Part shown: in pieces, positions 1 through 12,180 of the stretch | Layout of the letters: every line of letters begins with the position of its first letter | Numbering within the stretch: position 1 is the first letter of the stretch | Origin: Rhodosorus marinus CCMP1338 | Taxonomy: Eukaryota; Plantae; Rhodophyta | Assembly (NCBI GenBank): GCA_029953675.1 | Contig: JAMWBK010000001.1 | Location: 1,860,001 to 1,924,000, forward strand | Direction of reading: 5' to 3' | DNA: 64,000 bases | Notes under the pieces: generated by a model | The model's input: the letters and a program-made list of their open reading frames with translations, nothing else | Told to the model about the DNA's origin: nothing | The model's database searches: none | Position numbers and translations under genes: made by a program

Positions 1-1
1 A

Positions 2-462
2 GAGGAAACTCCAGAGAATCGGTTCGCTACGCCTGCTGCTTTGTCCCGCCCGGTAGAACATGGCCGTGGCGGTACCCAGGCACAAGTAGACGATGCGAGC
101 AAGTTTTTGGACAAGAACGTGAAGCTCGGATTGGGTGACTTTGTGTTCTACAGTGTCCTGGTTTCAGTGTCTGCGCGCTTTGGATTCATGGAAGTGGCGA
201 CGAGTTTCAGTGGAGTAGTGGCGGGGCTTTGTCTCACGTTTGTAATCCTTATCACACACCAGCGACCACTTCCGGCTCTGCCCATCTCGCTGACGTTTGG
301 ACTAATCGCCTTTTTCGTTACGCGGTAAGTGCTTGAGACAGATCAGATTTTCAAAGCGGACCGTTTCTGAAGAATTGATTACGTCTTTTCCTCATGCGCA
401 CTACCAGATACTCGCTGAACCCTTTTGTGGGGAATCTTCTCGAGAACATGTTATTCAACTGA
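2..462 (+). CDS. PSEN: Presenilin (gamma-secretase catalytic subunit), 3' end; gene starts upstream of window
   Basis: LGLGDF catalytic GxGD motif and PALP motif in frame 2. Intron 325-407 (gtaagt...ctaccag) joins to the last exon 408-462, giving R-YSLNPFVGNLLENMLFN*. Confidence 0.9.
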
Positions 463-1403
463 GGTTTTTCCCGAATCTTACGGAACAAAATGTTGAGTTG
501 GACAACCAATACCTGTTTCGTATGCTTGCGTGGAGCTGCTTGGGTTCCACAGAAGAAGGATGCCGTTGCCCGCATGTTGGAGGCTGCTTATTCGTCAGAT
601 CATGCGGCTCGGAGGAAGGATTATACTGTGCGCAATCAGCCTCCGAGGCTCTCGGACTAGGGGAGCGCAGAGGCGAAGGCCCAGTTACAGACATGGTTCA
701 ATATTGTTCAAATTTATTAAGATGTGTGCGGAATGCTGAGCTCTGGATCAGGAAAATAGGTGTAACATTGCAAGGGAAATTTTTTTCACACGAATACAGT
801 CCGTATTTGCAGACTCGCACCCAACCTGTTCCAAGTTCCGGGGAGGGGGGGGGGGTGGGGACAGTTCAAACCCACAATCAGCGATTATGATGGTATTGTC
901 GTCTCCGAGCTTCGCATTAGAAATTGCCCCGTCTTTGTCCAGTGGACCTGTCCGCTATGATGTCAGACAGGTGGTCGATAACGCTACAGATGCACCCATC
1001 CCTTCAATGCGTGCCGAGATGTATGTTTCGACAATCCAAGCCTCAAGCGTTAAAGCTTGGGTCTATCAAAGCCGCGCAAGCCCGTGCTGTAATGAAGGTA
1101 CTTTTAGTGGATTACAAACACCTGCCTGAGAAGCCTGCTACTATTTTTCCCAAGCTGAGGTGACTAGCATGTACACAAACGCTCTCAAACACCCCATCAT
1201 GAAGGGTAAGAAAAGCACCTTCTGATTCGTTTCGACGTCTTTTAGCAAATGGAGAGGGGAGAAGGGGGAATAGAATTTTTCGATGTATGTGCGGAGAAAG
1301 TGCCTGTTCAATTCCCAAGAGCCCGTGTCGGGTGTTGATGTTCTTGAAACGACGCCGCTTCCAAAACGTCAGACAGGTCAGAAGCAGCCAACGTGCGACA
1401 GAT

Positions 1404-1414
1404 TGATTGGCTAT
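1404..1414. promoter_or_regulatory. Extended CCAAT box TGATTGGCTAT (reverse ATAGCCAATCA)
   Basis: Identical 11-mer also at 9151-9161 and 20379-20389, each in an AT-rich intergenic tract. Matches the NF-Y consensus RRCCAATCA. Confidence 0.45.
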
Positions 1415-3395
1415 CTTACATGGTCGTTTTTTATTGGTTATATCTCAACAACCAATCAATTTTGTAACCCACTCATTTCTACGTATTTGTTGTCCAGGAA
1501 TTTTTTTATTTTTTTGGAGGCCCGTGAGCCTTGCATTATCGTCAATTTTTATTCGAAGCTTTTTTTTTTACCGCTGAGGGGCATTGCGAGACCCATATAT
1601 CGTATTTACTAGATGAATGCTTGTTTTCACGATACGGGATACACTGATTTCAACGGAAAAAAGGGAAGAGAACTAATCACAGTATAAAGGCACATCGAAT
1701 ATATAGGCCAGGATCACATTAGACGAAAGATTTTCCAAGATCGTTCTGTAGCCCCTGGTGGCTAGACTTCGTCCCAATTCCTTGAAATATGTTTTGAAAT
1801 AATAGTACTTATGGCTTTTATGACGAAACGCATAGCCCCCTTAAGAAATCGACATACTTATTTATATGCAATTTCATTCGAAAAAAATGTAATTTCTACG
1901 AGTCGGCTGTTGCTAATCTAAGAGTCAGACAACTGAGGGTTTGGGGCTGAGAAGGCGCCGTTTCGTAAAATCGATTTTGAAAGGCGGATTTCCTGAAACT
2001 GATTTGCCAATGAAATAACTCAAACGCAACTTGTCTCGAATTTAATTCTTTTTCAATTGGTCTGTCCCTTAGAAGAATTGAATTAATGTAATTATTTACG
2101 TTTTGGCCTCATTTTTGGAAAATGCCTACAAGAGACTTGATGAATATTTTTGGTGCTGCGGTAAACGCCAACCACTCACTGACTTCCATCTAGAATACAT
2201 GGGATTTTACTAGGAACAGACAAATATGGCAGCCTCAGAAAAACAATCAGAATACAATATACTTGCTGGGATCTGGTAGAATAGTCATATATTCTTTTCA
2301 AAACAAAATCACATTTCAGTCAAACGACGACCTTTCGAAGGGGTCAGAGGTTTTTGGAAAACAAATCTTATCTCGTAGTATCACAGCAACAAACGCAACT
2401 GGGCCCGGAAACCTAGAAATGACGGTTCGTGTATACCAGAGGAACTAACCCCTAAATTATTCTTGTATCTTTTCATATATACCTCTTGCATATATATTTT
2501 AACATATGTGCTCTTAGTCAGCGAGGGAAGATATCGAGGGGTTAAAAGTGTCCAAGATAATTTCGGATCAGGGAAAATTCCTACAGTCGTTTCTCCCCTA
2601 CCCCTCCCTCCCTCAACTACTACCCCAGCAGTTGTTTTCCCTAGTCCGATGCCCTCCCTAGCTTGTAAACTGTAAAATTGAACTCTCGCCCTTTGCTTCT
2701 TCTGAATACCCCTGTTCATTGTAGACATATTAAGTGGACGTGATTGCTCGGAATATACGGCCTAGGGAATCGAGTAAAATATTTCGAAATCAGGCATCAT
2801 CAAAGGGCTGGATTGTTGTCCTAAATTGCACATGGGCAGAAATGGATGCGAGGAATAATTATAGGGATATAATTAATTGTTTAAATATACAAATTTACTT
2901 AATACAATCATTATATATAGTATTTCAATCATATATTTATCGCTATGTCGAACAATTTTGTTGTTCTTTGTAGGGGGTATTTTTCTAAATAACTTTGCTT
3001 GAAGGGGAAGGAAAAAGGGTGGAATTCTATTTCAATCGCATACTATGAGACCGAGCAGAAGGGGAGGGGGGCATCAATGTCTCATCTACACCGTAAAGTT
3101 TACCCAGGGGTATATTGGTTTGGGATAGATTGCGTTTGTATTGCATCACCGGTGGGGAAAGGGAGGGGGTGGTTGGGGGGTAAGAATGATTTAGTAGGTT
3201 TTCCTGGTTTTGCGAAGGCTTCTATAAGACATGAGGACTGTTCTTCTTGATTCGTGCAGTTGATGGGTGTGAGTCGAGACTGTTGATGGGTTAAAGAGTT
3301 ACAAGGAGAAGCTTTTCGTTGGAATGCAGTAGAAGGTGTTTCGCTTCGATCTACGAGAGGAGTGAAGGGTTTTTTAATTCGGTGGATCGGGAGAG

Positions 3396-4047
3396 ATGGT
3401 GTCGGGTGCGCTTGGGGATTTAGACTTGGAGGAACTTAGTGATGATGTTCTTCGGACGAATCAGGGGACCTTGGCCCTCGATCAGGGCGGTATAGACTAT
3501 TGGAATGTGATCGACAAGAAGGAGGAGAATTTGGCGAGCCTTTTCCAGGCAGATATTTCTGCTACTACTGAGCTCTTCTCGCCTTCTAGTGAGTTCTCAG
3601 ACTCGAAGAATGAGACGCAGTATGGGGATATGATCCTGGAAGAAATAGAGGAGAGTAAACCAAGCTTGGCTTCGCTTGCCGTTGAGTCCCCCCCGAGCAC
3701 CAGGAACAAGTCAATTCCCCCACAAAAGGTGAGTGCTCCTACACGCCGTTTCCCCGGCAGAACATTCAACAATCTCCAGGCGCACTTTTTGCAACGAGAT
3801 GGATCGGTCCTTTTACAAAAACTCATGCGAACACACTACTTCTTGGCTATGCTTTTAGAATCAGCATCATATGCCCGGCAGAACAGCTGATGAATCCCGA
3901 AGCGCTAGATGGCATGCTCGGCTTCGGTTCCGAGAGAAGAAGAAGAGAAGGACATTTGGCAAGAAGATTCTGTACCAGAAGAGAAAGGTTGTTGCCGATG
4001 CTAGACCGAGAGTCATGGGCCGATTTGTGAAGAAGCAAACGACCTAA
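3396..4047 (+). CDS. CCT-domain protein (CONSTANS/TOC1-type C-terminal motif, no B-box or receiver domain seen)
   Basis: Model join(3396..3728,3859..4047), phase-0 intron gtgagt...ttttag. The last exon encodes RFREKKKRRTFGKKILYQKRKVVADARPRVMGRFVKK, a canonical CCT motif. A small middle exon cannot be excluded. Confidence 0.8.
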
Positions 4048-4465
4048 CCTGCACGCACGCACGTCTGACTCGTGCGTTTCAGATGAGTTTACACAGTTAG
4101 TCGAAGTCCTGCTGGGTCTTTGTGTATGTAGCGGAGAGTCGAGGTTGTTTAGTCCCACACCATCGCCCCCACTCAAGACTTTTGTCACGTTGTTTTTGGA
4201 GCGTGGAACGGTCCCCAAGTTTTATTATTAATCGATCGAAAGTAGTTAGTAGCGCTCACGCTCTATTGTAAAATAGCGGACGGGGTGTTGAATGACATTA
4301 TGAAGATAGTTAACAATGTCATCAAACCTCAGCTTGCCAGAGTAGTGTTTTATAAAGAAAGCAATCCCCGAATAACCCCAGAGGGCTCGGAGACGCGTCT
4401 TAAAATGCAGCGCTGCTCTCAGCGTGTAGGCGGTGGGCGACCCTGGCAGGCCAACTAGCCCTCGA

Positions 4466-6493
4466 TCAGTCAATGCTTTCAAGCAATCTCCTTTTAACCA
4501 GCTCTAGCTGCTTCGGAGAGTGTGCTTCCAATGCGGGCTTCCAAATGCTTTCCTTAAGAACGGAAACCAATCCGGGCACGAGCGAATCTGCTAGGAAAGC
4601 CCGATCCATCAAGAACCGCTCTTTCTGTAGTGCAGGTTCCGCGGCTTTCCCATCTGCTACGTACGCCTTCAAGCAAAAGACAACGCAATCGACTCCATCT
4701 GCGAGGACGTCATCCCTCCCCACTCTGGCGACGCCCCCAAGCAGCTCCAGCAATTCGCGACTAAGCTCGGCACATGTGCGAGTCACTATCGAGGATTCAC
4801 TCTTTCTGCCTTCAACAGCCGAAGTCATATCCGCCAGGGAAATGTTTGCTAAACTCCAATCCCGTTCAACCAGCTCGGATACAATCCTCGCCCGTTCAAG
4901 TGCAAAGCAGCGACGCAGGTCTTCACACAGCAGTTCAGAAAGTTTCACCACGAAAATCTCTCGCACGGAGCTGTCCACACTAGAGTCTTCCTCAATCTCT
5001 GACCCATCAATCGCTGCAGAGAATCCAACGCATACGTCATGAACCGACTCGTTCCCTGAACCACAAACCTGAAACCGAGAAAGCAAGAATACAAACACAT
5101 TGGAAGAGTGAAGACTCTTAGCTATCGACATAGGCAGTAGAGGATGATCATGAAGATGGACAGCAGCCGCTCCAATCCTTTCTTCTCAAGCAAACACGAG
5201 CTATAATCGAGATGCCGAGAAGAGGGAACGTTGAAGAAAAGCATCAGCTGTGTTTCTCAAACCGGGTACAGTTCTTCCAGCTGCTCGGATCCTAGTTCAA
5301 CCAACTCACCAGCTTGTGGAAGAACTTGTCGTAAAATATTTCAACCTCGTGCACGAACCACACCAAAAACCTTGATGCGATGCTCTCGTCTTCGGCGTGG
5401 AGCTTCTGGTAGTTCCGATGGACTTTGCTTGTGAGACGAATGAATCGGAGGCTCAAGGTCGCCCAGTATTGTGACAGTGGATCCATTCGTGGGTTGATAG
5501 CTAGCTCATCTGATACTCGCCCGGAAGAGGAGTCGAAGAAGACGTCACAGGCTGTTGAGGATCGGTCAAGCTCGATCAACCGGAGGCAGTACGGTGTCGG
5601 GTCTGCGCAGTCCGAACCACGTGCGACTAGCTCTTTCAGGAGGACCTCTCTCGCGATCGCCAGGCGGTTGCTGACAGATTCTTCCAGTCTAGTAAAATTG
5701 CTGGTTCCAGGCAAGAGCTTCGAAATACAACGAGAGAAAAAGGTGGTACTTGTTTTAGCTGTTTTAGGCGGTATGTCGGGCGTTACCCATGTCCCAACCT
5801 GAGGCTGTTCTTCGAACCTTGACAGCTCGAACGGCCTCCTCGAAAGACTGTTCGAAGATTGCTCGCTCGAGTTCTCTGATCTGAATCTCGAAATCAAGCT
5901 GGCTAAGGACGATTTGTTCTTCTTCCGCAACAGTTTGAGCTACACGTGCTTGCTTGGCTTGGACGAAGGACTCTGCTGGGTGATCGTCGAGGCTTGAGGT
6001 CTGGGACGCTTTCCTGATGCTTTTGGAGGTTGAGAGATGGAGAGCTTTTACCTCGCCGAGTCTCTTCTCAGTTTCCTTCAGCTGGTTCTCGAGCTTCTCA
6101 TCGAGCAAGTCAACGTCGTGAACGCTGCCGGCCTTTCCCGCGTCCAGAATCTCCAACATCTGTACCTGGTCGTCATCAAGCACGAACGCTCCGCTCTTAT
6201 CAACAAGCGCGCTTTTTGGATACGTTCTGCAGCTCCTCTCTGAAAACCATTCCGAGCTTTTCTTGTTGTCCAGAAGAAAGCTCTCCACACCAGAGGTCAA
6301 AATGTCGATTGCGTCCTCCTCAATATCATCCTGGAGTTCAGTTGTCTGTGCTCTTAGCTCTCCAGCGTCCGTTTCACGATCGATTTCCTTCGAAGAAACC
6401 CTGCGTTCGCTCGTCGGCCTTTGAAACGGTCTCCAGCTCCTCCTCTTCCTGCTGTCTGCTTTCGACATTCCTGCAAACACTGCTTCATCCCTT
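4466..6493 (-). CDS. EXO84: Exocyst component Exo84-like (multi-exon; 5' end unresolved, may extend to about 7300)
   Basis: Spliced ORFs 5764-6480, 5292-5930 and 4466-5131 give a long helical protein with LSLRF...SRFLVWFVHEVEIF, SCLLEKKGL and FLADSLVP segments, matching Exo84 C-terminal motifs as I recall them (plant CSLLEARGL, LLADELLP). Donor gtgagt at 5309. Confidence 0.65.
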
Positions 6494-7387
6494 CTAAATC
6501 ACCAGGCGTATCTCCTCTACACGAAGTATATCACAAGCTGAGAACAGGTTTCTGTACAAAATAGTGCTTCTCCAGTCTTCAGAACCATCCATTGACTTTG
6601 TTCTCGAAGACCAGCTGCTCGTGCCAACCCTTGTCCACCTGACCTACCAGACCATCATCATCTTACTACTCAACCTGATCGTGGGGGATGATGAGGAACC
6701 AGCGCAGCGGCTTCCAGCTCCATGTACCTTCGGGATAGGGTAGCTCAGAAAGACTAAATGCTCTGTTAACAGTCATCTTCATCAACCAATTTAGAGCTTA
6801 TCAACGCTTTGCTCTCAATGATTGGATCCGAACTGCCGTGAAAGTAAGGGGTTTGGAGTTGAGAGTTGAACAGAACCACCAAGACACGTATGAGCAGACC
6901 GGAAACTGAGTCCTAGCATCTTAGAGCTGCACTGAGCAACTGTGTGGTAACAAAAATTCCAAAATTCAAAGCAAAATCGTTTACAAACTGACAACTCATA
7001 CGGATGGGAACGGTGATGATGACCTTGCAAGGATGTCACTAGGTCTCACGCCGTTTTGCCCCAGGACAGACTCATACAGCTAATGGAAGGCGTTTTCAAA
7101 CCAGAACCGCAACAGGTTGGAGGATAAGGAGACGTCCCGCTTCAACGGAAAGAGCCTCGATCGGTGAAGTTCCAACTCGGTTGATAACAACTCCGCCCCC
7201 TCGCCAACTTTCTGTTGAATGCTTCACATTGTATCCAACTAGTCTAACCACGAGCTGCTTGGGCCACGACTGCAAAACTAGAACTGAACCAGGTTTGGAT
7301 GCAGGTTTTCGGTCTCGATGATCTCATCTGAGTTGGCAGCGTCTCAGCTCGGTCACATGTGCTTCCGGAGGGTGGGCTACTTTATTC

Positions 7388-8794
7388 TCATAGCAAGACA
7401 TCGAGAATCTTCGCCTTTCTCTCAGTCACAGGTGGATAAACAATATCGAGGTCGAAAACTTTTCTGGCGGATTTGTGAAGGAACGCTTTTCCGTTGGAGA
7501 AGGTCTCAAACCCACTCTTACCATGGTACCTTCCGATTCCACTGCTTCCTACTCCGCCGAACGGTAGCGTCTCTATAGAGAAGTGAAGGATGACGTGGTT
7601 GACGACTACTGCTCCAGTTGACACCGCAAACGAAAAACTGTCTATAGCGCTTCGATTGGTGCTGAAAATGTACGCGGCAAGCGGATGGGGCCGATCGCTG
7701 ATAAACTGCAGGGCCTCATCCAAGTCTTCAACGGGAAGGACTGGAAGAAGAGGTCCAAAGATCTCCTCCTGCATGATCTTCGCCTCGGGTTTGGTATTAT
7801 AGAACACTGTTGGTGCAATCCAGTTGCTCTCCCGATCGTACTGACCGCCGATGACCAACTCACCCCTCACTTTCTCATCCTCGTTTAACATCGCAAGAAG
7901 GCGATCAGTATGCCGCTGGTGGACGAGATGCGTCGTTTCATCCTTGGCGGCCTCGCCTTTCGGATAGAACTGGTGGTAGGCGTCCAATAGCGCTGCACGA
8001 AGAGGTTCCATGGCTTCTTTGGTCACGAGAGCATAGTCTGCAGCAATGCAAATTTGGCCAGAATTAATGTGCTTGCCGAAGAGAAGCCGACGTGCTGTCG
8101 TTTCAAAGTTGGCAGACTCGTCAATAAATGCTGGTGATTTTCCTCCCAGCTCCAACGTGACTGGGGTCAATTGCTTCGCCGCTGCTTCGTATATAATTCG
8201 ACCCACTCGCTCACTCCCGGTATAAAAAATGTGATCAAACTTTCGTTTCAGCAACTCCTCCGCTACGTCGGCTCCTCCTTCGATCACCGCAAACGCTTCG
8301 GGGTCCAAATACATGTCTAAGAGCTTTTTAACCGTTGCAGAGGCTTTTGGAGCGAGCTCCGATGGCTTTACAACTACGCAATTGCCTGCGGCAAGAGCGT
8401 CCACCAGCGGTACGAGGCAGAGATTGAGGGGAAAATTCCACGCCCCAAAGACCAACACGACTCCGAGGGGTTCATTGATAATCTTTGCAGTCGAGGGAAA
8501 ATGTGTAATTTCGGTGCTCACGGGAACGGGTTTCATCCAAGACTTGAGGTTTTTCAGGGCGCACTTTATGGACTTCTCTATAGTCGAGATCTCAGTCATC
8601 TTAACCTCCAACTTTGGTTTCCACAATTCAGTTGCAACACTCTCCTTAAACTCATCCTCATTTTCCTGCATCATCCGAAGCATAGCCTGCAACTGTGCCT
8701 TCCTCCATTCGTACCGCTTCGTTTTCTGGGACTTGAAAGTCCCACGTAGCTTGTTCACCGTCTCATCGATCGACAACGTACCATTGTCCACCAT
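7388..8794 (-). CDS. ALDH3: Aldehyde dehydrogenase, class 3 (fatty aldehyde dehydrogenase type), intronless, 468 aa
   Basis: ATG at 8794 (MVDNG). Motifs GAWNFP, KPSE, FYTGS, LELGGKSP (catalytic Glu), GQICIA (catalytic Cys), EEIFGP and PFGGVGSSGIGRYHG. Confidence 0.95.
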   Translation of the reverse strand: MVDNGTLSIDETVNKLRGTFKSQKTKRYEWRKAQLQAMLRMMQENEDEFKESVATELWKPKLEVKMTEISTIEKSIKCALKNLKSWMKPVPVSTEITHFPSTAKIINEPLGVVLVFGAWNFPLNLCLVPLVDALAAGNCVVVKPSELAPKASATVKKLLDMYLDPEAFAVIEGGADVAEELLKRKFDHIFYTGSERVGRIIYEAAAKQLTPVTLELGGKSPAFIDESANFETTARRLLFGKHINSGQICIAADYALVTKEAMEPLRAALLDAYHQFYPKGEAAKDETTHLVHQRHTDRLLAMLNEDEKVRGELVIGGQYDRESNWIAPTVFYNTKPEAKIMQEEIFGPLLPVLPVEDLDEALQFISDRPHPLAAYIFSTNRSAIDSFSFAVSTGAVVVNHVILHFSIETLPFGGVGSSGIGRYHGKSGFETFSNGKAFLHKSARKVFDLDIVYPPVTERKAKILDVLL

Positions 8795-9150
8795 TCTGAC
8801 TCCCCTACATCCTCTACCTACCGAAACTCCAAATACAACAAATCCGCACGTCGCAACCCACGAAAGCAACCAGACGACTGACTGATCCCCACCCCCTTTC
8901 AACTCCGACTATAAACCTTTACTAAACCCCCACAACATACTCTTTTCTTAGATTCCGTACGCGCATCGACCCACCCATCTATTCGCCCCAAATTTCTTAT
9001 CAAATCACCAAATATTAGAAAATCCATTTAATATAGAAAGCAATCCTAAACTAAGAAATATCTGTTCTCGGGCGTGGTCATATATCTATATTTTTTTAAA
9101 TAAAATAGAGACTTTACGAGATTTTTTTCTCCCACTAACAAATCGCTTGA

Positions 9151-9161
9151 TGATTGGCTAT
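9151..9161. promoter_or_regulatory. Extended CCAAT box TGATTGGCTAT upstream of ALDH
   Basis: Same 11-mer as 1404-1414 and 20379-20389, in the AT-rich tract at about 8.95-9.3 kb. Confidence 0.45.
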
Positions 9162-10393
9162 CTGATGTTGTCTACAGTTCTTAATTGGTTACGTTAGGAG
9201 AGAAACATATATATATTTAGATAGCAGTGGAAACAACGCAATTTGTACACGCCTTAATATGCATTTCGAAATTGATATCCGTGGTGATATTAGTTGAATT
9301 AGGATGTTTTGTCAAGTGTTTTGCTCACCGTACGGGATATGGAAGAGCTGGGACGGGGTGCGAAAGATTCGTCTTGGGGAGTCGATTTGGGTCGAGAGTC
9401 GAGAGCTTGGCCGTTGCGGTGATCGACATAGTCCTGTTCGATGGTCAAGTACAGAGGATTATGCACATCGTTATCGCAAAGAGGATGCGAGGGCGAGGAT
9501 CTGGAAGCGCTTCAATGGAACAGCTCTGAATGGTGCTGCTAGACTGTTGTGGCGGGCCTGTCCCCATCCGTGCGTCCTTCCCGCAACGCGAATCCAGCTA
9601 TTCGACGTCTGAGTTTTGGATGAGTGCCCCTGAAGTGCTGGACGATAAGAATATTCTTAATGGGCTTGCCAGGTAAGGAACTGCCAAACTTTTGGTTAGA
9701 GAGGGCCCCGTTTCTTGCTTCGGAAACTGAGGAGTCACAAATTCGCTCCCGCTCTGAAGCTTTTCCAAGGACACGTCCAGTAGGGAAGCCGGCCAGTGGA
9801 AATCTGCGGAATCCACAAGAGGATACAAAGTAGCAGTAGCAGAAACGCTGAAGGGAGAACGAACCTTTACATCGCAAACCGCATGAAAACAGGCTACTTT
9901 CGCGTACCCCGAATTTTGATCAGCTTCAAACTCCCAAACTTTTGTAATGTTAAAATTAATAATTTTTATGTTTGCCATCTTGCTGATAACCGAGATTCGG
10001 ATATTTCATATTTTTGAAAATATTCTGTTGATCAGGTAAATGGACCGGAGCTGCTGAATAAGCACATAGTTGTTTTTTTGGAAATATTTATTAAGGTTTT
10101 GCTGGATTTAATAAGCAATGCCTTTTTTCACAAAAGGCATTGCGAATTCCGTTGGATCGGAATTCGCTTGCGTGGAAGAGAGAGCATAGAAGCGCGGTTA
10201 GATCGATGTGGATGTGAGAGTATATAAGGGATGTAAGGTTGGAGTATAGAAAAGAAGATTGAATTGAACGAAGCTACAGAGTTTCTTGGTGACTTGACTA
10301 GAAATACACGCAGTGTACTTGATTGCGGGAGGACGCGCTTTCGAGTTTTCTGCTTGTTACTTTTCCTGGAGTTGGGCGACGGCATAGGGAGAG

Positions 10394-11851
10394 ATGGCCT
10401 GCACGGCGAACGGTGCTCCTACTCTGGTCACATCTGGTAATGCCAATGTGAACTTGTTCTATATGACAAAAAGGAAGGTGGAGGAGAAGTTGTTGTTGTC
10501 GTGTGCGCAAGAGTCCTGGGTGGAGGACGAGCTGATTACTTTGAAGCTTGCTGCATACGCGAGAGATATTCGTGGGGGGAAAGGGGAGAGAGAGGTGGGG
10601 AGATTGCTGATGAAGTGGTTAGCAGAAGAGCATCCAGAATGCATGGAAGTGAATTTGCAGCTTTTCGTGGAGAAGTATGGACGGTTCGACGACTTGTTCG
10701 TTCTAATGAATACTCCTCTTGAGGATGCCGCCATAAATCTGGCTTGCGAGCAAATCGAGAAGGATTTGAAGGCGCTGGAACAGGATGGGCGAGTTTCTTT
10801 GATGGCAAAATGGATTCCGTCTGAAGGTAAATCATTGGACAAGAAAAACGGCGTGACTCGAAAGATAGCGGAGAGGCTTGCTAACGGATCCAAGGGGAAG
10901 CTGCGCAAGAAGTATATCTCCCCCCTCAGGGAGCATTTGAAGATCGTGGAAAGGCTAATGTGCGCCGGTCAGTGGTCCGAATTAAACTATAACGTAGTTC
11001 CTAGCGTTGCTATGGCGAACTACTCCAACGCGTTCAAGAGGCACAGCGAGGAAAAATTCGGAGAATGGAAAGCAGGTCTTGCCACCGGGAAATCCAAAGT
11101 GAACGCGTCAGTGCTGTTCCCTCACGAAGTTGCTAATAAGTACAATATCCGTGCTTTTAATGTCGTCCCCATGGGAGGTCGAGAGCCTGATGAGCTTATT
11201 GAAGCCCAGTGGCTGGAGATTGTTAAAGGGGCTCGGGAAGCGGGGACGCTTGGTAACACCTTGGCACTATGCGATGTGAGTGACTCGATGACTGGATTGC
11301 CTATGCAACTGTCGCTTAGTCTGGGTTGCCTCATATCGGACCTGGCTGACGACAACTTCAAGGATCTAGTGATAACTTTCGAAAAAGAGCCCCGTCTTAT
11401 GAACATTGCTGGGCCAACTCTACTTCACAAATTGGCGAAGTTACATGACCTACCTTGGGGAATGTCAACAAATTTCATTGCAGCCTTGGAGCTTGTGCTC
11501 TCCATGGGCTTAGAGGCAAATCTCCCACCAGAGAGCATGCCCACGCGCCTGATTGTGATTTCCGACATGCAGTTCGACATCGCGGACGATGGAGCCTTTG
11601 AGACGAACTACGAGGCCCTCAAAAAGATGTATCAGCAGAGCCACTACGAGCCACCGCATATTGTGTTCTGGAATGTTAGCGGAGACGCTCAAGACTACCA
11701 AGTCATGGCGGACGAATTGAACGTATCTCTAGTTTCTGGCTTTTCTACGGCAATCCTCAAGTGCATATTGTCCGACTCTACACCCACGCCTGTCAGATCG
11801 ATGATGGCTGCTATCAGCCATGAAAGGTATGATGCTCTTCGCCTCCCTTGA
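10394..11851 (+). CDS. DUF2828-family protein with C-terminal vWA-like domain, intronless, 485 aa
   Basis: TANGA...LFY, RDIRGGKGERE, YGRFDDL, SLMAKWIPSE, MIDAS-like DVSDS, and VISDMQFD...VFWNV motifs typical of DUF2828 (from memory). Confidence 0.85.
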   Translation: MACTANGAPTLVTSGNANVNLFYMTKRKVEEKLLLSCAQESWVEDELITLKLAAYARDIRGGKGEREVGRLLMKWLAEEHPECMEVNLQLFVEKYGRFDDLFVLMNTPLEDAAINLACEQIEKDLKALEQDGRVSLMAKWIPSEGKSLDKKNGVTRKIAERLANGSKGKLRKKYISPLREHLKIVERLMCAGQWSELNYNVVPSVAMANYSNAFKRHSEEKFGEWKAGLATGKSKVNASVLFPHEVANKYNIRAFNVVPMGGREPDELIEAQWLEIVKGAREAGTLGNTLALCDVSDSMTGLPMQLSLSLGCLISDLADDNFKDLVITFEKEPRLMNIAGPTLLHKLAKLHDLPWGMSTNFIAALELVLSMGLEANLPPESMPTRLIVISDMQFDIADDGAFETNYEALKKMYQQSHYEPPHIVFWNVSGDAQDYQVMADELNVSLVSGFSTAILKCILSDSTPTPVRSMMAAISHERYDALRLP

Positions 11852-12180
11852 CTATCCCGTGACGATGGTGCCCTTGCTTTGACGTCGACTTTGGTCGACG
11901 TAGTTGTTTTGTGCCCGGCTTGAAGAGGTTGGCACTGAGCAAGGGGTGTTCCAGGACTGTGAAGCCTCTGGGCTTTGTAGTCTTTGCGTGTATAGATATT
12001 CTCCCCTTACCCAAATGTGAAAATACAAGTGACTAATCTTAATATTGACTTCTTGACTAATGCAACTTCATTTAAATAAAAAGCAGACTATTGGAGACAA
12101 GAGCAGGGCGCCGTATGGACACTCGCCCCCTTGCATCCTTCTCGCACATCAGGATATGAGTTCAGGTGGTAAGGCATGCG

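Noticed and set aside
333-890. 185-aa ORF after presenilin
   Set aside because: Starts inside the presenilin intron, overlaps its last exon out of frame, and has no motifs.
4473-5042. Long Ser-rich ORFs opposite real genes (also 16798-17440, 31175-31795, 35513-36088, 53353-53742)
   Set aside because: Each overlaps a well-supported gene on the other strand and has the composition expected of antisense frames.
9227-9980. Overlapping 70-126 aa ORFs between ALDH and DUF2828
   Set aside because: Cannot choose strand or frame and no motifs. May be a small gene but is unsupported.
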